Part shown: positions 59,571-64,000 of the stretch, piece after piece
How positions within the stretch are numbered: the stretch's first letter is position 1
Layout of the letters: the number at the start of each line of letters is the position of its first letter
Source: Gammaproteobacteria bacterium
GTDB taxonomy: Bacteria; Pseudomonadota; Gammaproteobacteria; Ga0077536
Assembly (NCBI GenBank): GCA_038116745.1
Contig: JAYODW010000003.1
Location: 64,274-128,273 of the forward strand
Direction of reading: 5' to 3'
Length of the DNA: 64,000 nt
Program-made: the position numbers and the translations under genes
The notes under the pieces: generated by a model
The model's input: the letters and a program-made list of their open reading frames with translations, nothing else
The model's database searches: none
Told to the model about the DNA's origin: nothing

Positions 59571-59855
59571 GTGATGCGCGGTGTTTTGACGGTACTTTCA
59601 CTGGCAGCGGAGTGGTCTCCGCGGCCGCAGATTATAGAGAGCTCAGCCCGCACATAGGTGGACAGCGAGTCTTGGCGTTCTTTCGCTTGGAATCATATGA
59701 TTAACGTTCGAACTTAGAGTGTTGCGGCACTTTAGGTCGCGGGGATGGAATGAGGCTTCACACGTCTGATCATTTTTGTCTCAAGCTCCGACCGACTATC
59801 CGGGCGAGAAAAAAGCTCTGGTTAACGAGGGTCCTGCAGCGGAAGCGCGCATTGA

Positions 59856-62800
59856 GTGATGGCTAACGGCAACGATCAACCTCAAGGTGCGTCCAGACGC
59901 AAATTCACGCGCATTCCTGTCAATCTTCCAGGTTACGTGCGGGTCGGCGGGAACACACCCGTGGCCTGCACGGTCCGCGACTATTGCCCGGGCGGCATGT
60001 TCATTGCCCCCGATTCCGGTTCGTTCGCTGATCTGGCAACCCCAGCGAAGGCGGAGCTGCTCTTCGCGCTTATCGTTGATGGAGAACAGCGCGACCTGAG
60101 TTTGAATCTCATGGTGGTCCGCGCAGCCGATCAGGGCATGGGTGTGTCCTTCGTCGAGCCGGACCCGTTAGTGCTGGAGACTCTGCGACAGCTTGCGGAC
60201 AGCGTCAGTCATGCGGATGCCGCGACAGGTAACAGCACGGCTCTCGATGGCACGCTGAGTGGCTTTGCACCGGAACATGCTGCACTGAGAGAGCCGCTTA
60301 AGCAGGCGGTCGAAGCGCCGCTGACAGGTCTTGGCGAGCGCTTTTTCAAGCAGGCCTGCGACGCCCTGTTCGTCGCTGCGAGGGACGCGGGGAGTAACGT
60401 CGAGGAGCGGCGATTCCTGGATGCCCAACGTCAGATGCTGGCGCTGAGTGCCGGGGTAAAAACGCAGTTCATTCCGGACCTCCAGGGTGGTGTTGAGATT
60501 CTTGGGAATCCTGTCGCGAGGACTGAACAATCCTCGGGTCTGTCGCTGGAGTCCGGCGGACTCTCTCTCATCGATAAGGGTGATTTCGAGGACTTTTTGG
60601 CAATTTCCGAAGCAGCGGCAGAACTGGAGGCCCGGTTCAAAGACGCGTTGTTTGATCTGGGCGCACGGCTATCGCATCTGGCCAAACGTGAGGTCACCTT
60701 AAGTAATAATCCTCTTGGCCCCAGCGCGCTATGCAATCTGCTGGCTGGATTGTTCAAAGAGCTTGACGCAGACCATCGGGTAAAAACGATGGTCTACCGG
60801 GAGCTCAAAGGCACGCTCCACGCTGAACTCGGGGCGATTTACGAGCAGCTGAACCGCTTTCTTGCGGGGCAGGGAATACTGCCCGATGTCGTCAAAGAGC
60901 AGCCTGACTATCGGCCGAGACCGTCAGCTGACGTTGGTTTCGGCGTTTCCGGAAACGCGCGGTCACGTCGACCTGAGGCAAATGCGTTTGCTGAGGAGGC
61001 GCTTGATGACCTCATGCCCGGCCCTGAGAACTATGATGGCAGCGCGGTTCCGGCATCTCTGGAACCGGCTGATTTCGTCGCGCCTTCCGCCTCTGTCAGG
61101 GCGGTGCGGCCGGCCGCGCCTCCAGGGGCACAACCGCTTTCTTCGGGGTCATCGGTGACCGCTGAACCGCCGCTGTCTGAACGTCCAAGCGCAGCCGCTG
61201 AACCGTCAGTGGCAAGCTGGGGCAGGACGCCGGTGAATGCGCTTGCGCGCACTGCGCCCAGAGTCCACTCAGCAGTGCAGGCGCAGCTTGCGCTGCGGCG
61301 TCAGATACGCGAACAGCCGCAGGGTCCCGTTCTGGCTGCAGCTGCAGAATCAAGCCTGGGCGGCGTTAGCGAGGGTGCAGGTCAGCGCGCCATTGCGCGC
61401 GTCTCTGCGGGCTTGCTGAATGTCCAGCGCAACATCGGCGCCGATGCTTCATCTGGCGATGAAGAGCACATAGACAGCCTGGTCCAGGCGGCGCTCGCGC
61501 AGGCAGATCCAGCCGACGAAGCATTGAATGCTGATGATGCCGATGCCATGGAGGTAGTCGGGAACCTGTTCTCCGCGATGATGGACGATGAGCTGGTCGC
61601 CACGTCTGCCAAAGCGCAGCTCGCCCAGCTTCGGCCGGCTTCGCATCGTGCCGCGCTGCTCGACCCTGAATTCTTCGCCTCCAACCAGCATCCTGTGCGA
61701 CAGGTCATCAATCGCGTGTCCCGAGTCCGTGGAGGAAACAGCCCCGAGCAGATCGAACGCCGCGCCCGTGTTCAAGGTCTTCTGGAACAGGTGAATAAAG
61801 ACTTCGTCGACGATGTGCGGGTGTTCGAGCCAGTGTCCGCAGCGCTTGATGCAGTTCTGTTGGAACAGGAAAACGCTTTTCAGGATCGCCTGTCAGACAT
61901 CGTTCGGTCCTGTGATGAACAGCAGCGCATCCTGGATAACCGACGCGTTGTCGGGAATGTTGACGCTCAGGCCGCCGATGCAGAGAAAGCCGATACCCCG
62001 GAAGAGTGGCACAAGTGGCTCGAGCGTGCGGACCGACTCAAGGTCGGCGACCGCGTCATCATCAACGCCAAGAGTCCTCGTGCAACTCCCGGGCAGGTGG
62101 CCTGGAAGGAAGCGACGGGGAAGCTTTTTGTATTCGTCGATGATGCGGGCAACAAGGCGAGCACGCTGACGCGGCAACAGGTTGCCATGTACCTGCGACG
62201 CGGCCTCCTGCGCGTTCTTGGCGAGAGTGCCGATGCGCCTGGCGTCGATCGCGCCATGCTGAGTGTTGTTGATCGGGTACATAAGCAGGTCGAATCCGAC
62301 GCTACCAAGGATCCGCTGAGCGGTTATCTGGCGCGGCGCTTTTTCGAGGAGGCGGTGGAGAAACATATTCAGGACGCGGACCCCGCCGCGGGCAAAAATC
62401 TCGCGATGTGTTATGTGTCGCTCGAGAATCTGCGCGACGTGAATGACAAGATGAGCGAGTCTGTGGGCGACTCGCTGCTCAAAGAGTTTGCAGAGGAATT
62501 GACGCAGCGACTTGCTGAAGAACCGGTGATCTGTGGCCGACTGAGCGGCTCCATCCTGGCGCTGTTCTGGAAAAGCGGAGGGACGGCAGCGGCGCACAAG
62601 AAGCTGCGCGCCAGCGTCGAGATGCTTCGAGAACTGAGCGTCGGGGTGCCTTATGAGGCTATGGACGAAGGGGAGCTTGCGCACGCTGAAAGTGAAACTC
62701 AGGAAATCGATCATCGGCGGGTCAGTCCCGTTTTTGTGATTGGAATTGCCGGCAGCGAAGATAATGCTGTTGACGCCGAAGGCCTGATCAGCGCTGCTCG

Positions 62801-63626
62801 AGAGGCTTGTGACCACGCACGCGAGAGCGCCGCGGAGCCTCCCATCCACGTCAGCGGCTCCGAGAGCGAGCAGCGCGCACAACTTGAGCGCATGGTTGCG
62901 TATGCTGATAAAGCGCTGGAGAAAGACCGTCTTACGCTATCCGGCCAGAAGATTTCCAGCCTGACCGACGAACGTCTGCCGCCCGCATTGTCGATGACGC
63001 TGGGGGCTGTGGATCGGTCGCGGAGAAAGATCCCAGAGAAGCTGATAACCCCGGCGCTGAAACGTTGCAGCCAGCTTGCTGCCTACGACCGATGGGCGTT
63101 GCATCGTGCGTTTGAGTGGGTGCTGGCGAATGAAGAACTGGCGGAGCGCTACGCCATGTTTGTGCTGCCACTCTCTCGCGCTGCCATTGAAAATGAGGAG
63201 CTGCCGAACGAACTTATCGGTGAGTTCATGGAGTCACCCGTTCAGCCAGGTCAGGTTTGTTTCAGCCTCCCCGATCAGGCGGTGGTCGATAACCAGTCTC
63301 TGGTTTCGGATCTGGTGGACGCTCTCAAAGCCTATGGCTGTCGTTTCATTCTGGAAGATTTCGGCAGCGGCCACGACAGCTATGACTACATCAAGAGCAT
63401 AGATATCGACTTCGTGGAAATTCGCACAAGCTTCATCGAGGATGCGGACAAGAACCCTAAAGACCTGGCCATGGCGAAATCAATCAATGAACTCGCCCAT
63501 TTCCTGGGGAAGAAAACCATCGGGCGTCAGCATCTGGGTAAAGACCTCGCAGAGACGATGCGGGCGATTGGCATCGACTTCATGCACCAGCAAGCCGGAC
63601 AGGTCGAGATCGTGAAGCGAACATGA
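59856..63626 (+). CDS. Large c-di-GMP-related protein: N-terminal PilZ domain, ~700-aa uncharacterised Ala-rich middle region, degenerate GGDEF domain and EAL domain with degenerate motif
   Basis: PilZ motifs RRKFTRIP and DYCPGGMF. The GGDEF-fold region has GRLSGS in place of GGDEF. The EAL-fold region has EDFGSG (the DDFGTG position) but PAL in place of EAL. Confidence 0.65.
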   Translation: MMANGNDQPQGASRRKFTRIPVNLPGYVRVGGNTPVACTVRDYCPGGMFIAPDSGSFADLATPAKAELLFALIVDGEQRDLSLNLMVVRAADQGMGVSFVEPDPLVLETLRQLADSVSHADAATGNSTALDGTLSGFAPEHAALREPLKQAVEAPLTGLGERFFKQACDALFVAARDAGSNVEERRFLDAQRQMLALSAGVKTQFIPDLQGGVEILGNPVARTEQSSGLSLESGGLSLIDKGDFEDFLAISEAAAELEARFKDALFDLGARLSHLAKREVTLSNNPLGPSALCNLLAGLFKELDADHRVKTMVYRELKGTLHAELGAIYEQLNRFLAGQGILPDVVKEQPDYRPRPSADVGFGVSGNARSRRPEANAFAEEALDDLMPGPENYDGSAVPASLEPADFVAPSASVRAVRPAAPPGAQPLSSGSSVTAEPPLSERPSAAAEPSVASWGRTPVNALARTAPRVHSAVQAQLALRRQIREQPQGPVLAAAAESSLGGVSEGAGQRAIARVSAGLLNVQRNIGADASSGDEEHIDSLVQAALAQADPADEALNADDADAMEVVGNLFSAMMDDELVATSAKAQLAQLRPASHRAALLDPEFFASNQHPVRQVINRVSRVRGGNSPEQIERRARVQGLLEQVNKDFVDDVRVFEPVSAALDAVLLEQENAFQDRLSDIVRSCDEQQRILDNRRVVGNVDAQAADAEKADTPEEWHKWLERADRLKVGDRVIINAKSPRATPGQVAWKEATGKLFVFVDDAGNKASTLTRQQVAMYLRRGLLRVLGESADAPGVDRAMLSVVDRVHKQVESDATKDPLSGYLARRFFEEAVEKHIQDADPAAGKNLAMCYVSLENLRDVNDKMSESVGDSLLKEFAEELTQRLAEEPVICGRLSGSILALFWKSGGTAAAHKKLRASVEMLRELSVGVPYEAMDEGELAHAESETQEIDHRRVSPVFVIGIAGSEDNAVDAEGLISAAREACDHARESAAEPPIHVSGSESEQRAQLERMVAYADKALEKDRLTLSGQKISSLTDERLPPALSMTLGAVDRSRRKIPEKLITPALKRCSQLAAYDRWALHRAFEWVLANEELAERYAMFVLPLSRAAIENEELPNELIGEFMESPVQPGQVCFSLPDQAVVDNQSLVSDLVDALKAYGCRFILEDFGSGHDSYDYIKSIDIDFVEIRTSFIEDADKNPKDLAMAKSINELAHFLGKKTIGRQHLGKDLAETMRAIGIDFMHQQAGQVEIVKRT

Positions 63627-63636
63627 GCAAAGAGCA

Positions 63637-64000
63637 TGCTTGATACGCCAGAAAAGATCGGGAAATACGAGATTACCGAGGTCATCGGCAAAGGCTCGAT
63701 GGGGGTGGTTTATAAAGGTCACGACAGCTACGTCGATCGCACGGTGGCGATTAAGGTTGCGACCAATGCAGATGCAGATGCAGATGCCCAGAGCGTGGCC
63801 AAGCGACTCTTCATCAACGAGACCCGGTCGGTCGGCCGTCTGGATCACCCCAACATATTGAAAGTCTACGAGGCGGGAGAGGACCAGGGCCTGCCGTACA
63901 TGGTGATGGAGTATGTGAGTGGCGGCGATACGCTGCGCGCTTATTGCAAGGCGCCCAAGCTTCTGCCGATCAAGCGCGTCTGTGAACTGATTCAGCAGGT
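63637..64000 (+). CDS. Hanks-type serine/threonine protein kinase (3'-truncated by the window edge)
   Basis: Gly-rich loop IGKGSMGVVYKG and VAIKV lysine motif. It begins 10 nt after the stop of the preceding gene. Confidence 0.8.

Overview
This is a GC-rich (~65%) proteobacterial chromosomal window carrying about 47 genes, a dense and largely oxidative/catabolic gene set. I found no rRNA, CRISPR array, transposase or integrase. The recognisable blocks are as follows. (1) A beta-oxidation-like pair at the 5' end (a 5'-truncated crotonase fusion and an acyl-CoA dehydrogenase) plus an AlkB/XylM-type membrane hydroxylase. (2) A minus-strand aromatic-catabolic operon: Rieske dioxygenase alpha and beta, an extradiol dioxygenase, an SDR diol dehydrogenase and an amidohydrolase-2 enzyme. 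(3) A methanethiol oxidase cluster (SBP56 family MtoX, SCO1/SenC, MauG-like di-haem peroxidase), then two TPM-domain proteins and a PQQ quinohaemoprotein dehydrogenase. (4) Four paralogous Baeyer-Villiger-type flavin monooxygenases scattered across the window. All four carry the same non-canonical fingerprint, with Leu or Phe in place of the conserved His. Each sits next to a different hydrolase, oxidoreductase or methyl-transfer partner: an FAH-family hydrolase; a fused hydantoinase/5-oxoprolinase; a molybdoenzyme with a MOSC protein; an MTHFR with a SAM-methyltransferase-like protein. (5) Signalling proteins: a PAS-GGDEF-EAL protein; a LivK/AmiC-type binding protein translationally coupled to a chemoreceptor with an N-terminal DUF442-like domain; and a 1256-aa PilZ, degenerate-GGDEF, degenerate-EAL protein followed by a Hanks-type Ser/Thr kinase. 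(6) A TauE/SafE exporter followed by a HisC-family aminotransferase with a twin-arginine signal peptide. (7) Housekeeping glnS with tRNA-Arg(CCT). Other oddities are an ACAD-fold flavoprotein gene interrupted by a single in-frame TGA, a ~1.3 kb ORF-free AT-rich island, and catabolic oxygenases with no electron-transfer partners in the window. All functional calls come from motif and family recognition by eye. I ran no database searches.
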